Of a DNA stretch of 46,490 bases, positions 17,204 through 27,363 are shown piece after piece (position 1 is the stretch's first letter; each line of letters starts with the position of its first letter). Under the pieces are notes generated by a model that ran no database searches, was not told the DNA's origin, and was given only the letters and a program-made list of their open reading frames with translations. The DNA is from a virus (taxonomy: Duplodnaviria; Caudoviricetes), in IMG/VR virus record IMGVR_UViG_3300025296_000026, positions 1 through 46,490 of that record; one strand, given 5' to 3'. A program made the translations under genes and the position numbers.

Positions 17204-18146
17204 GAAGGTTGAGCGTATAGCGGCCTTCGCTCGTTCGGAGTCTAGACTGGCTAGTCTAACTCAGGAGTATGCCTCGCATGATGCCTTTCGGCCATTCCTC
17301 GGCGATGTGAGGGACTATGAACGATTAAGGGATGCCTGCGTAGGCATAGATGTAGTAATACATGCTGCGGCTTTGAAACGGGTGGATGATGGGGCATATA
17401 ACCCGTTAGAAATGCACAAGACAAACGTAGTCGGCAGTTTGAATGTTGCCAATGCTGCGAGAGCCGAAGGCGTTAAGAAAGTTATTCTAATATCCTCTGA
17501 TAAAGCTGTCGCCGCTATTAATACCTATGGAGGGAGTAAGTATCAAGCGGAGAATTGTCTTAGAGAACTGAACACCCATTCAGCGCCGAGAGGTACTCTT
17601 ATATCCTGCGTTCGTTACGGGAATGTATTAGCAAGCACGGGGAGCGTTCTTACTATCTGGGAAGGACAACGTAAGCGGCATGAACGCATCTGCGTCACAG
17701 ACGCTACTATGTCTCGCTTTTGGCTGACCATAGGCGAAGCCGTAGATCATATTTTCAAAACTATAGCGATCATGCGTGGCGGAGAGATTGTTATCCCCGT
17801 CTTAAGAAGCGCAACGCTAGATGATCTTGTACGTGCTTATATGTCCTTATTCGGCGATACGTTTGTTCCGTATGATAAGCACATTAGATCTAGCGGCGTT
17901 CGGCTCGGTGGTGAGAAGTACCATGAATCATTGCTGAACGATGACGAGATAGGAAGAGCTATTGCGACAAAGGGTCTTATTGTCGTACCGCCTGCGTTGC
18001 ATTCATGGACTACTCAAGAATGGGAAACGGATCATAGCGTAGTGATCCCGTTATCATATACAAGCAATTATCGTGATTGCTTAAGCTATACACAAAAGGA
18101 ACTACGTTCGTTATTAGAGCAAGTCCTACCCTCTATCAATGGCTAA
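17130..18146 (+). CDS. pseB: UDP-GlcNAc 4,6-dehydratase, PseB/FlaA1 family
   Basis: TGATGTLG, GDVRD, HAAALK.V, YNP.E..KTN..G, SSDKAV, YGGSK, VRYGNV..S.GSV, GEK.HE. Confidence 0.88.
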   Translation: MNILLTGATGTLGKAILCHVLKNNEKVERIAAFARSESRLASLTQEYASHDAFRPFLGDVRDYERLRDACVGIDVVIHAAALKRVDDGAYNPLEMHKTNVVGSLNVANAARAEGVKKVILISSDKAVAAINTYGGSKYQAENCLRELNTHSAPRGTLISCVRYGNVLASTGSVLTIWEGQRKRHERICVTDATMSRFWLTIGEAVDHIFKTIAIMRGGEIVIPVLRSATLDDLVRAYMSLFGDTFVPYDKHIRSSGVRLGGEKYHESLLNDDEIGRAIATKGLIVVPPALHSWTTQEWETDHSVVIPLSYTSNYRDCLSYTQKELRSLLEQVLPSING

Positions 18147-19017
18147 CAAGACGACAAAGATTGTCGGCATTGTTGGATTAGGATCTATGGGGCAGCGGTA
18201 CGCGTCGTATTTGAAAGGGTGCAAGGATACGATTGTTATCGGGTGCGATGTAAGACCGGAAGTACATACAGATGATTACGTTTGTGTTGATAGCGTAGAA
18301 AATTTATTGAACACCGTAGAACCTGACGTAATGATCATTGCGTCACCCGCAGAGCATCATCTAGAGATCTTATATACCGTTCATGATGCCGTGCCTTCGT
18401 GTTCGATTCTTATAGAAAAACCGCTAACCAATAGGCGATTAGAGTTAGAAGATTTCGAGCGGTGCCGCGCCTTTGGTGGGTCTCTTATTGCGGTTGGCTA
18501 CTGTTGGCGATTCCATCCATACACCAACCATTTGAGACGAGTTAGAAACGGCATACGAAATATTACGTTGTACTCAGGAAGCGATATGCAGACATGGCCC
18601 GGACATCACTACGCCGACCCATTGCGTGAATTCAGTCATGAGCTAGATCTTGTGGTGTATCTAACTAAACGCATTACATTAGGAAGTGCAGCGCTGTCGC
18701 CGAGCGGGTTATATGTCATGAATGGAGAACACGCACAGGGCAAGTGGGAGGTAAGAATAGCGCCTTTTGTGAAGGATTATGGACGATGGATCAAAGTAGA
18801 CATGCACGACAAGTCCTCTGTTACTTATCACTGGGACGTAACCAAGGAAACCATTGATGTGATGTATAAGAAACAAGCGAACCAATTAGTGCATGCAAGT
18901 AGGGTAAGTCACTTATTATGCCCGCTGTTGTCTGGCTTAGAGACCACGTTATTAGTAGACGAGATAGATGCAAGGATAGAGGGTCAAGAAACATGGTTAC
19001 CAAAACGCCCTATGTGA
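18139..19017 (+). CDS. Gfo/Idh/MocA family NAD(P) oxidoreductase
   Basis: GLGSMG, IASP...H, LIEKP, VGY..RFHP, E.SHELD. Confidence 0.88.
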   Translation: MANKTTKIVGIVGLGSMGQRYASYLKGCKDTIVIGCDVRPEVHTDDYVCVDSVENLLNTVEPDVMIIASPAEHHLEILYTVHDAVPSCSILIEKPLTNRRLELEDFERCRAFGGSLIAVGYCWRFHPYTNHLRRVRNGIRNITLYSGSDMQTWPGHHYADPLREFSHELDLVVYLTKRITLGSAALSPSGLYVMNGEHAQGKWEVRIAPFVKDYGRWIKVDMHDKSSVTYHWDVTKETIDVMYKKQANQLVHASRVSHLLCPLLSGLETTLLVDEIDARIEGQETWLPKRPM

Positions 19018-19907
19018 TAGCCGAGGCAGGTTCTTGTGGAGATAGTAACTTAGACAAGATGATCCAACAGGTAGAAGAGTGCGCGGGCGCGGGTGCCGAT
19101 GCCGTTAAATTCCAATGGACTTCTAATCCCTTCGCAATGGCGAAGCGCAGAGGGAAAGCATTAAGCGCAGGTTATGCGGGAGTCTATAAGAAATATATTG
19201 CATGGCCTGAAGCATGGCACAAAGAGCTTTCTAATAGGTGTAACGAGTTAGACATAGACTATATGTGCGCTGTCTATCTAGAGCAAGATGTAGAAGTAAT
19301 TGCGCCCTATGTCGCGCATTATAAGATCTCTAGTTTTGAAGCATTAGATAGGTCGCTCTATAGTGCGACAGATAGTTACAGGCGCGAGGGGCAACTTTTA
19401 TTTGTATCTGTTGGGATGTGTTCGGACAGTGAGATTAGAACGATACAAAGTCACATAGAAGCCAACGCAATACATTATGCTCGTCTATTGTATTGTGTTA
19501 GTGCTTACCCTGCGCCGTTAGAGTCATTAGACCTATACAAGATCCAAAGTTTGAACCTTGCGGGGTTCTCAGATCATACGAACCCGAATTACATTACAAG
19601 CGGAATGATTGGCTTCCTTTGTGGCGCTGATTATATTGAAGCGCATATGAGATTAGAAACGACGGACACTTCTAATCCTGACTTCAAGCACGCGATGACC
19701 TGCGACGAATTAGCAGAGTATATAGGAGAGATTCGCATCGGGGCGTTGTCTCTCGGAGGGAAGCGAAGCGAGCGGTACATAATCAAACTATCAAAAGACT
19801 CTCAAAAGATTATGAACAGGAAGGCTGAAGCCGAATCCTTAATGAGCCAGTATAGAGTTTTGAATCGACCGTCTCTAATTGATAGAGGAGGGAAAGAGAG
19901 TGCCTAA
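18993..19907 (+). CDS. Nonulosonic acid synthase, NeuB/PseI/SpsE family
   Basis: VIAEAG, GADAVKFQ, KISSFE, CVSAYPAP, GFSDHT, IEAH. ATG 18993 preferred. Confidence 0.9.
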   Translation: MVTKTPYVIAEAGSCGDSNLDKMIQQVEECAGAGADAVKFQWTSNPFAMAKRRGKALSAGYAGVYKKYIAWPEAWHKELSNRCNELDIDYMCAVYLEQDVEVIAPYVAHYKISSFEALDRSLYSATDSYRREGQLLFVSVGMCSDSEIRTIQSHIEANAIHYARLLYCVSAYPAPLESLDLYKIQSLNLAGFSDHTNPNYITSGMIGFLCGADYIEAHMRLETTDTSNPDFKHAMTCDELAEYIGEIRIGALSLGGKRSERYIIKLSKDSQKIMNRKAEAESLMSQYRVLNRPSLIDRGGKESA

Positions 19908-20346
19908 TGTAGCGTTACGACCTGCGATTGCCGAAGACGCCGAGGCTGTCTTCACTTGGCGTAACGATGAAGAAGTAAGAGCGTTGTCGCGTGATTCCAA
20001 GCCTGTAGAATGGGACGATCATCTATCATGGTTTTCTAATTGCTTGGTTGGTGCGAATAGCGAGTCGGTATGGATTATAGAATACGAAAACATTTCGATA
20101 GGCAGTGGGCGCATAACTAAATATGAAGAAGATGACCGCGCAGAGATTAGTATTGTTTTATCCGAGGAATATAGAGGCAACGGATACGGTAGTGAAGCAT
20201 TGAAACAATTAGTCCATATCGTCCGCGGAATGGGTCGGTTGCCTGTCGCGTGGGTAAGACCTTCTAATGCACGGTCCCTAGCTGCATTCAAGCGGGCGGG
20301 ATTTGATTTCGCTAATCAATTATTAGAACTTCATCACAATGAATGA
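19900..20346 (+). CDS. GNAT N-acetyltransferase, PseH-like
   Basis: LRPA...D....F.WRND..VR..S......DH..WF; RGNGYG; N.RS...F..AGF. GTG 19900 follows GGAGG. Confidence 0.85.
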   Translation: MPNVALRPAIAEDAEAVFTWRNDEEVRALSRDSKPVEWDDHLSWFSNCLVGANSESVWIIEYENISIGSGRITKYEEDDRAEISIVLSEEYRGNGYGSEALKQLVHIVRGMGRLPVAWVRPSNARSLAAFKRAGFDFANQLLELHHNE

Positions 20347-21316
20347 GTATAGCTTACTATCCAGATCATTAGATATCCGACCAAAAGAAAAGCCGTTCGT
20401 AAGTGCGGCATTTGATGGATATGTAATGAAGCATAGCGGAGGTTCACGATGGCATGTGAGTAGTTGGATTGATTACTCGTTAGCTTACACAAAGGGCGCA
20501 ATTGATCGTTCTGTGTTAATCATTTGCGATGATTCTATTGTCGGTGTCTGTCCTGCGGTGCAATGTGGGGAATGTTTGGGCATGGGAGATGACGCCTGTG
20601 CGGGACCGCTGTTAGACGCGGATGTTGATATAGAAGCAGTTTGTAATGTGCTCATTTCATATTTCAAGGATTGCGGGATAGGGTCTATTGATTTCCGATG
20701 GGATCGTTATCCTTTCGATTGTAGAGCGATCATTGCTCGGATAGCATCGTGCTTCAATGTGAATCAGTATGAATGGGAAACGGCTATCGTGCCCTTGTCT
20801 TTGTCGAAAGACGAGCAATTCTTACGTATAAGGAACAGCTATCGTTCTTTAATTACTAAAGCAAAACGTAAGCGTTCTATTGTCTGGGGCACCGCTGCGT
20901 TGTTTGAACACTACCGGTATTGCCATCAGTCTGTCGCAAAGCGCCCAAGGCCACCAGAAACATACGAACATCAACGCCGAGCTTTAGAGTCGGGTTCTGC
21001 ATTCATTGTCGCGGCGACGAATGAAGAACACCCGTATCTAATGGAGTGCTATAAGAAAAACAAGCCAGAGATACGATCTATTCTTGCATGCAATTATGTG
21101 ATGGTTCACAAAGGGCATGGTTATTATGCAAGCGGACCAAGTATAGAGAAGAATTTACAGCACGCCTTACAGTGGGCGGCAATGGAAATTCTTATGGGTC
21201 ATTTAGATGGATGTAGTTATGAGCTTGGATGGTTAAAGGGTGACGGCATAGGATTTTTCAAACGCGGCTTTGGTGGGTCTATTGCGTATGTTGATGCGAT
21301 CAAAGGTAGTTTGTGA
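20339..21316 (+). CDS. FemAB-like (double GNAT) acyl/aminoacyl transferase
   Basis: IR.SYRSLI.KA, YYASG, H.LQW..M, YELG, GIGFFKRGFGG. Confidence 0.75.
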   Translation: MNEYSLLSRSLDIRPKEKPFVSAAFDGYVMKHSGGSRWHVSSWIDYSLAYTKGAIDRSVLIICDDSIVGVCPAVQCGECLGMGDDACAGPLLDADVDIEAVCNVLISYFKDCGIGSIDFRWDRYPFDCRAIIARIASCFNVNQYEWETAIVPLSLSKDEQFLRIRNSYRSLITKAKRKRSIVWGTAALFEHYRYCHQSVAKRPRPPETYEHQRRALESGSAFIVAATNEEHPYLMECYKKNKPEIRSILACNYVMVHKGHGYYASGPSIEKNLQHALQWAAMEILMGHLDGCSYELGWLKGDGIGFFKRGFGGSIAYVDAIKGSL

Positions 21317-22047
21317 CTAAGAAGGTGATTGCCATCGTGCAAGCGAGACTAGGAAGTAAGAGGTTTCCTGGTAAGAGCCTCGCTAGTTTTCATGGTTCGC
21401 CAATGATCTACTCGGTCTTAGATAGAGCCTGCTCCACCAAAGGCATTGCTCATGTTGTCGCCGCAGTCCCAACAAGAGATACGGCATTGATAGATTCTAT
21501 TGAGCGTTACGGTAGAGTCTCAGGCAACAGTGTGTCAATTGTGTACGGACCGGAACGTAATGTCTTACTACGGTTTTTTCTTGCCGCTACGACTTATAAG
21601 GCTGACGTTATTATGCGTATAACTGGTGATTGTCCGTTATGGGTTCCTCGTGCGGGAGAAGAAGTGCTAGCGGCTTATCTAAGTGACCCTGACAAAAGAG
21701 AGTTCTGGTCAAACGATACAAGGAACAGCGGATGGCCTGACGGAACAGATGTGGAAGTCTTCTCTATGTCTCTATTGCGTCGTGCTTGTCGCGCAAGAAA
21801 GCTTACAGACGCAGACTTAGAACACGTGACAACATGGATGCGAAGGACATTAGATAGAAAGGTCGGCGTTGTTCATAGAAGCAAGGATCTACTTTCTCAT
21901 TTGAAATTTTCAGTGGATACGCGCAAGGATTTATTAGATATTTCGACAAGTGAAGCGAAGCGATTAATACAGATCATAGAAGATGGAGGAACAGCACGTG
22001 CCAAAGGGAAGAAAGAAGACTTACAAGAGCTTACCGAAAGAAGTTAA
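21313..22047 (+). CDS. Acylneuraminate cytidylyltransferase, SpsF-type
   Basis: IVQARLGSKRFPGK, GPE.NVL.RF, RITGDCP, PDGTDVEVFS, EHVT, FSVDT..D. Confidence 0.9.
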   Translation: MTKKVIAIVQARLGSKRFPGKSLASFHGSPMIYSVLDRACSTKGIAHVVAAVPTRDTALIDSIERYGRVSGNSVSIVYGPERNVLLRFFLAATTYKADVIMRITGDCPLWVPRAGEEVLAAYLSDPDKREFWSNDTRNSGWPDGTDVEVFSMSLLRRACRARKLTDADLEHVTTWMRRTLDRKVGVVHRSKDLLSHLKFSVDTRKDLLDISTSEAKRLIQIIEDGGTARAKGKKEDLQELTERS

Positions 22048-23335
22048 GAACCTACTATGCACGGAAGATTATCAACTATTAGCCCGTGCGTTCTATTGTA
22101 CTCCGGGCGGATCTCAGGCGAATAGTAAGAGACACGGCCATGTCATAGATAGAACATCTCCTGCGTATGCTATTAGAGGTGAAGGTCCGTATATAGAATT
22201 ATCGAACAAGCGTAGATTGATTGATCTTGCAGGGGCTAATGGGGCTGTTCCGCTTGGGTATGCAGATCCGCAGGTAGAATGCAACGTTCGTTCGCTAGCA
22301 CAAGAGCAAGGCGGTAGCCTCTCATTGCCATCGCCGCTAGAGATAGCAGCATCGGAGGCTATGATTAAGAATCTTACTGATTCTATGAGCGGCAACCATA
22401 TGATAACGAACCCACTAGTTAGATGGGTAAGGACAGGGAGTGAGGCGGTAAGTGCTGCGGTCGCTATCGCGCAGGAAGAAACAAAGCGAATCGATGTAGG
22501 ATGCCTAGAGGGTTCTTATCACGGTTGGCACCCGTGGACACGACAAGCCAAGACATTACCTGCATTCTCATGGTTTAAGAAAGCCAAGACGGACAACGTA
22601 ATAGAACTATTACGGAGGGAAGATGTTGCTGTTGTGTTGATTGAATCGCCACGATTTGATCCCGTGGATGATTCTTATAAGAAGGCTCTAGCTGTTATCA
22701 GAGAGGCATGTAATGCGACAAAGACCTTATTGGCATTCGATGACGTTGTGTTTGGGTTCAGGTTCGCAGAGGGCGGTCTAACTCAAGTATCAAAGGTAAA
22801 GCCTGACCTGATTTGCTTTGCCAAGGCATTAGGCAATGGTTATCCTATCGGGTGCGTTGTGGGCCGCGGTGCGCTTATGGACAAGCATAAGTATAGGGTT
22901 AGTAGTACGTTCGGCGGAGAAATGACAGGATTAGCCGCAGCGATGGCTGTATTAGAAAAGCACGAGCCTCATGGGATGGTAGGAAGAAACGATTATAGAT
23001 TATCTGACACGTGCAGAACATTACGAGCCATAGGTGCAAAGCTCATTCTACGATTGCGAGAGGTCTTAGAAGGAACGCCGATTGATGTAGTAGGAAATCC
23101 GCAGCATTTCAAGTTTGTGCCTCGCGATAGTGCTTCTGATTCGGCGCATAGAGATCTTATGCTGTTCTGTAATCTTTGTTGGATGTTTAGCGACATAAGG
23201 CGCGGCGAATTGGGCGTGTTGATTCATAAGGATGCTAACAATGCAAACCTAGCGATGAATGATGGCGTTATAGATAATATCTGCGAAATCATCACCCGCG
23301 CATCTTCCATAGTGAGTAATTCTAACTATGAGTAA
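21983..23335 (+). CDS. Class III PLP aminotransferase (GSA-aminomutase-like)
   Basis: PGGSQ..SK, LGY, TGSEA...A, YHGW, FDDV..GFR, PDL..FAKALGNG.P (PLP lysine), SSTFGGE. Confidence 0.88.
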   Translation: MEEQHVPKGRKKTYKSLPKEVKNLLCTEDYQLLARAFYCTPGGSQANSKRHGHVIDRTSPAYAIRGEGPYIELSNKRRLIDLAGANGAVPLGYADPQVECNVRSLAQEQGGSLSLPSPLEIAASEAMIKNLTDSMSGNHMITNPLVRWVRTGSEAVSAAVAIAQEETKRIDVGCLEGSYHGWHPWTRQAKTLPAFSWFKKAKTDNVIELLRREDVAVVLIESPRFDPVDDSYKKALAVIREACNATKTLLAFDDVVFGFRFAEGGLTQVSKVKPDLICFAKALGNGYPIGCVVGRGALMDKHKYRVSSTFGGEMTGLAAAMAVLEKHEPHGMVGRNDYRLSDTCRTLRAIGAKLILRLREVLEGTPIDVVGNPQHFKFVPRDSASDSAHRDLMLFCNLCWMFSDIRRGELGVLIHKDANNANLAMNDGVIDNICEIITRASSIVSNSNYE

Positions 23336-23840
23336 TAACCCTGATCATATTAAGGACTTAATCGCAGACCCAAAGAATAGGCGTAAGCATACGCCTCGCA
23401 ATGTGGGTATGATTGTTGATGCACTGCACAAGGTAGGAGCGGGGCGATCTATTGTTATCGATGAAAAGAACGAAATACTCGCAGGGAACGCCACTATAGA
23501 GGCCGCAGGCGAGGCGGGTATAACAAAGGTCAAGGTTATAGAAGCAGAGGGTAATGAGATTGTTGCAGTGAAGCGCAGAGGACTAACAGATGCACAAAAG
23601 AGAGATCTAGCACTCTATGATAATAGAACGGGCGAGTTAGCCGAGTGGGACGTCGATCAACTCCTACAAGATGTCGAGTCTGGCCTTGATCTCTCTACAC
23701 TCTTTTCCGATGATGAACTGGAATCGTTAATGAAAGATGCGACCCGTGCCGCACCTGATGAGTTTACTGAAGTCGATGAGGCGCTTCCTGTCGAGCATCA
23801 TTGTCCTAAGTGCGGATATGAATGGAGCGGAAGTTCGTGA
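23328..23840 (+). CDS. ParB-like N-terminal domain protein with C-terminal Zn ribbon
   Basis: DP.N.RKH, RSIVID....LAGN, DNRT.EL..WD, CPKCGYEW. Confidence 0.85.
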   Translation: MSNNPDHIKDLIADPKNRRKHTPRNVGMIVDALHKVGAGRSIVIDEKNEILAGNATIEAAGEAGITKVKVIEAEGNEIVAVKRRGLTDAQKRDLALYDNRTGELAEWDVDQLLQDVESGLDLSTLFSDDELESLMKDATRAAPDEFTEVDEALPVEHHCPKCGYEWSGSS

Positions 23841-25117
23841 AGATCGTAACGACTTATCGCGTGCCGACTGTATCTTCTATTCGACAGATACCACCGAATG
23901 GCTTGAAAGCCGTCTCTACGTTTTCTGGTGGGGGTGGAACATGTTTGGGTATGACCTTGGCTGGCTATGATGTCGTATGGGCGAATGACTGTGACTCGCA
24001 CGCGCGAGAGACTTATACAGCCAACCTTGGTAAGCCTATTGATGGGCGTCTTCTTAATGATGTGACCGTTGCAGATATTCTGTCCGAGACAGGGCTGAAG
24101 GAAGGCGAGCTAGACGTATTTGAAGGGTCGCCACCCTGCACAAAGTTCTCGACGGCAGGACGTCGCTCAAAGGGATGGAATCGTAAAGAGATTCATGCCG
24201 GAAGAAAACAAGCCAACACGGAGGATTTATTTTTTGAATGGCTGCGGTTAGCGAAAGGTCTACGTCCCAAGGTTTTTGTGGCCGAGAATGTTGCTGGTCT
24301 GGTGAAGGGAGTTTCAAAGGGATATTTTAAAGACATCCTAAAAGAGATGAAGTCATTGGGTTATCAAGTTACGGCACGACTGTGTGATGCACAGTGGTTA
24401 GGTGTTCCACAGCGACGCAATCGCATCATTTTCATTGGAGTACGAGATGACATTGGACGAGCGCCTGTTTTTCCTAAACCGTTATTCCGTCAATGGACTG
24501 TGCGACAAGCCATAGGCCACCTGTTAACGTCATCATCATTTGCGCTTAAGAATCAGCCGTCAACATTTGATGGGTCGCCTGATTTACCAGGGGCCACTAT
24601 TGCCGCTTCTGATTTCAGTGGGAGCGAGAAGTCATGGCGTAGGAATATGGTCGAGGTTAGAGGCGACCGCAGCGGATATAGAAAGTTCGCCATCATTACT
24701 GATGAACCGTCTACGACCGTCCAGGCTGCCGGGTTGGATAATGGATACCCCACACAGCACACGCTGAAAATAGATTTCAAGGACAGTTATAAGTCTGCAC
24801 AGCCATCAATGCAGAACGTCGCAGATAAATCATCTCCAACAATCAGAAGCGGTCGTTCTTTTCAGATAGAACAAGAAGTTGAAGTAGAACAAATTGTAGG
24901 GAATGGTCAATATAAAACCATCCGACGGCACCTCACGATTCCAGAGGTCAAGCGTCTATGCTCGTTTCCTGATGACTATGTGCTAGACGGGTCGTTTGGA
25001 AAGCAATGGATGCGGCTTGGAAATGCCGTGCCGCCCATGATGGCGTACCACATTGCTCGCGCCATTCGGACGGGAATCTTCCGTCGAGGCGTCGGTGGTC
25101 GTATATTAGAAGACTAG
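23837..25117 (+). CDS. DNA (cytosine-5) methyltransferase
   Basis: FSGGGG, GSPPC, ENV, VPQRR.R, R..SFPD, GNAVPP; GTG start overlaps the upstream TGA. Confidence 0.93.
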   Translation: MKIVTTYRVPTVSSIRQIPPNGLKAVSTFSGGGGTCLGMTLAGYDVVWANDCDSHARETYTANLGKPIDGRLLNDVTVADILSETGLKEGELDVFEGSPPCTKFSTAGRRSKGWNRKEIHAGRKQANTEDLFFEWLRLAKGLRPKVFVAENVAGLVKGVSKGYFKDILKEMKSLGYQVTARLCDAQWLGVPQRRNRIIFIGVRDDIGRAPVFPKPLFRQWTVRQAIGHLLTSSSFALKNQPSTFDGSPDLPGATIAASDFSGSEKSWRRNMVEVRGDRSGYRKFAIITDEPSTTVQAAGLDNGYPTQHTLKIDFKDSYKSAQPSMQNVADKSSPTIRSGRSFQIEQEVEVEQIVGNGQYKTIRRHLTIPEVKRLCSFPDDYVLDGSFGKQWMRLGNAVPPMMAYHIARAIRTGIFRRGVGGRILED

Positions 25118-25207
25118 TTAAGATCCGACGTATTGCCAATCTATTATCGATAGATGGGAAGAATCCACTGGTAGTAAGGCAGAAAAGATCTAAGGTTTAT
25201 ACGTCTA

Positions 25208-25501
25208 GTGCCTATGAATGCAGACGTTCCAATTACACTAAAAGCCTATAGAGCAGGACTCGCCCATGCCAGAGAGTTAGGACGAATAGCAAAGAACGGT
25301 GGCGCGTTCCTCTGGGATAATCCCGAGATCTCACGAGATAGAGCCAAGGCGTGGGCTAAAGGATGGAAAGATACCCACGGACCAAACCCGCGTAGCATTC
25401 TCGATGATATGAAACCACTCACTCACAAACAATTAATTGCTAAGATTACACGCCATGAGATTGCTATACTAGGTACACGTGTGCCGTATCCTCGTGAGTA
25501 A
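25208..25501 (+). CDS. Hypothetical protein
   Basis: 97-aa ORF in operon orientation. Confidence 0.55.
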   Translation: MPMNADVPITLKAYRAGLAHARELGRIAKNGGAFLWDNPEISRDRAKAWAKGWKDTHGPNPRSILDDMKPLTHKQLIAKITRHEIAILGTRVPYPRE

Positions 25502-25523
25502 GAGATAGAGACGGGTATCTATA

Positions 25524-25973
25524 GTGGACAACAAAAAGAAATCAGGCGGCGATAAGAAGACGCGGGCACCTAAGAAGGGCATCGGTGAGTGGACACCTAC
25601 GTTTCTAATGGCCATACGTAATATGCCGAACATACGAGTGGCATGCTTGCACGCGGGGGTCTCACGGTCTGAAGCTTACCGATTGCGAAGTGTGAACCCG
25701 GAGTTTGAACAGGAATGGGCTGAGGCATGGCAAGATGGATTAGATGCAATAGAAGCGAAGCTCATGGCTCGTGCGATGAAGAGCGATACGATAGCAGCGA
25801 TTTTCTTATTGAAGAACAGACGCCCGGAGATCTTTGGTGAGAATGTTAACGTGAATGTTAGTGGGTCTCTTACGATTGATGAAGTAAGACAAGGGAACGC
25901 ACGATTAAATGATAAGCTTGCACAGATAGAGCATGGACTCGGAGAACGAAAGATCGCTGTCAGCAGAGAATAG
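25524..25973 (+). CDS. terS: Terminase small subunit (HTH)
   Basis: FL......N...AC..AGVSR...Y......EF...W..A and IFLLK..RPE; directly upstream of TerL. Confidence 0.8.
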   Translation: MDNKKKSGGDKKTRAPKKGIGEWTPTFLMAIRNMPNIRVACLHAGVSRSEAYRLRSVNPEFEQEWAEAWQDGLDAIEAKLMARAMKSDTIAAIFLLKNRRPEIFGENVNVNVSGSLTIDEVRQGNARLNDKLAQIEHGLGERKIAVSRE

Positions 25974-27363
25974 CTCACCCGCAATGCTAGCGGCGGAAGA
26001 TTCTAATAGTCGTCAAGCGTTAGAAAGTTTGACGCCATTAGAAGCGACGCTCTTACGCTACCGTTGGCGGTTTTGGGCAAGGCCATCACAGCGGGCTCCA
26101 GAGTGGGACTGGGGTATCTGGCTTCTTATGACAGGCCGCGGGTTTGGTAAGACACGGGCAGGCGCGCAATGGGTTATAGAACAAGCACAGACCCCAGGGA
26201 ATAGGATAGCGATTGTCGGGCGCATTCCTGCTGATGGTCGTGATGTAATGGTCGGCGGTGAGTCTGGGATCTTATCTAACTCGCCACCTGATTTCCTGCC
26301 AGAGTATTCTCCAAGTCAAAGACGGTTACGATGGCCGAACAAGTCAGAGGCTAGATTATTCTCTAGTGAGAAACCCGAAGATCTAAGAGGCCCAAACTTT
26401 CATTGTGCGTGGGTGGATGAACTTGCGAAGTATGATCATGCGCAAGAAACCTGGGATACCTTAGTCATGGCGGTGCGCCTACCGTCTAATCCTAGGATTG
26501 TCGTCACGACAACGCCGCGCCCTATACCGATTATTAAGCAGTTAATAGACGATAAGCATTGTCACGTTACGCATGGGTCTATCTATGAGAACAGAACGAA
26601 CCTATCGGGGAAATTCTTTGAGCGATTAATCAAACGATATGAAGGCACCTACTTAGGGCAACAAGAGTTAGAAGGATTGTTGATTTCTGACAGACCGGGC
26701 GCGTTATGGACGAGAGATCTTATAGAGAAACATCGAATACGCAGCGAGCCGAAAGAGTTAGTGCGAATTGTAATTGCCATCGACCCGCCTGCCACTTCGG
26801 GAGAAGGGAGTGCCGAGGCGGGAATCGTGGCAGTAGGATTAGCAGCGGATGGGATGTCTTATGTCTTAGCTGATACAAGCTTACACGGGACGCCTGACGA
26901 ATGGGGCAGGCAAGCAGTTAGGCTCTATGATAGATACGATGCTGATCAAATAGTGGGTGAGGTTAACAACGGCGGTGAGATGGTAGGGTTTACTGTCAAA
27001 GAATGCGCGAAAGCCCTACATAGAGATGGCGAACGAAAGTCGAGCGTTGTTCCGTATGTGCCTGTTAGAGCAAGTAGAGGGAAGTTAACCAGGGCAGAAC
27101 CGATAGCAGCGCTATATTCCCAGGGTCGAGTTAAACATGTGGGTGTCTTAGCAGAGTTAGAAGATCAATTAACCGCATGGGTTCCGGGTGAGAAATCACC
27201 AGATAGATTAGATGCGCTTGTCTGGGCGTTGACATCTCTTATCGTCTATGGGAATACGGACATAGAAACCTGGGGCGGTAATGAACCGAGCGAGGGTAGC
27301 GAACACGTACAGTCCACTGCTATCAAAGAGGGCGCATGGTTCCCTCCTGCCTCACGATGGTAA
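25933..27363 (+). CDS. terL: Terminase large subunit
   Basis: GRGFGKTR, LRGP....AWVDE, TTTP, AIDP, EVNNGG, SPDRLDA. Confidence 0.95.
   Translation: MDSENERSLSAENSSPAMLAAEDSNSRQALESLTPLEATLLRYRWRFWARPSQRAPEWDWGIWLLMTGRGFGKTRAGAQWVIEQAQTPGNRIAIVGRIPADGRDVMVGGESGILSNSPPDFLPEYSPSQRRLRWPNKSEARLFSSEKPEDLRGPNFHCAWVDELAKYDHAQETWDTLVMAVRLPSNPRIVVTTTPRPIPIIKQLIDDKHCHVTHGSIYENRTNLSGKFFERLIKRYEGTYLGQQELEGLLISDRPGALWTRDLIEKHRIRSEPKELVRIVIAIDPPATSGEGSAEAGIVAVGLAADGMSYVLADTSLHGTPDEWGRQAVRLYDRYDADQIVGEVNNGGEMVGFTVKECAKALHRDGERKSSVVPYVPVRASRGKLTRAEPIAALYSQGRVKHVGVLAELEDQLTAWVPGEKSPDRLDALVWALTSLIVYGNTDIETWGGNEPSEGSEHVQSTAIKEGAWFPPASRW

Noticed and set aside
21983-23335. hemL (tetrapyrrole synthesis) as an auxiliary metabolic gene
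   Set aside because: The fold is similar, but the gene overlaps a cytidylyltransferase inside a sugar operon and no other hem genes are present.
17130-25117. Sugar pathway as a DNA hypermodification system
   Set aside because: No hydroxymethylase, TET/JBP or DNA glycosyltransferase is recognised, and the candidate transferases sit among head genes. Disfavoured, not excluded.
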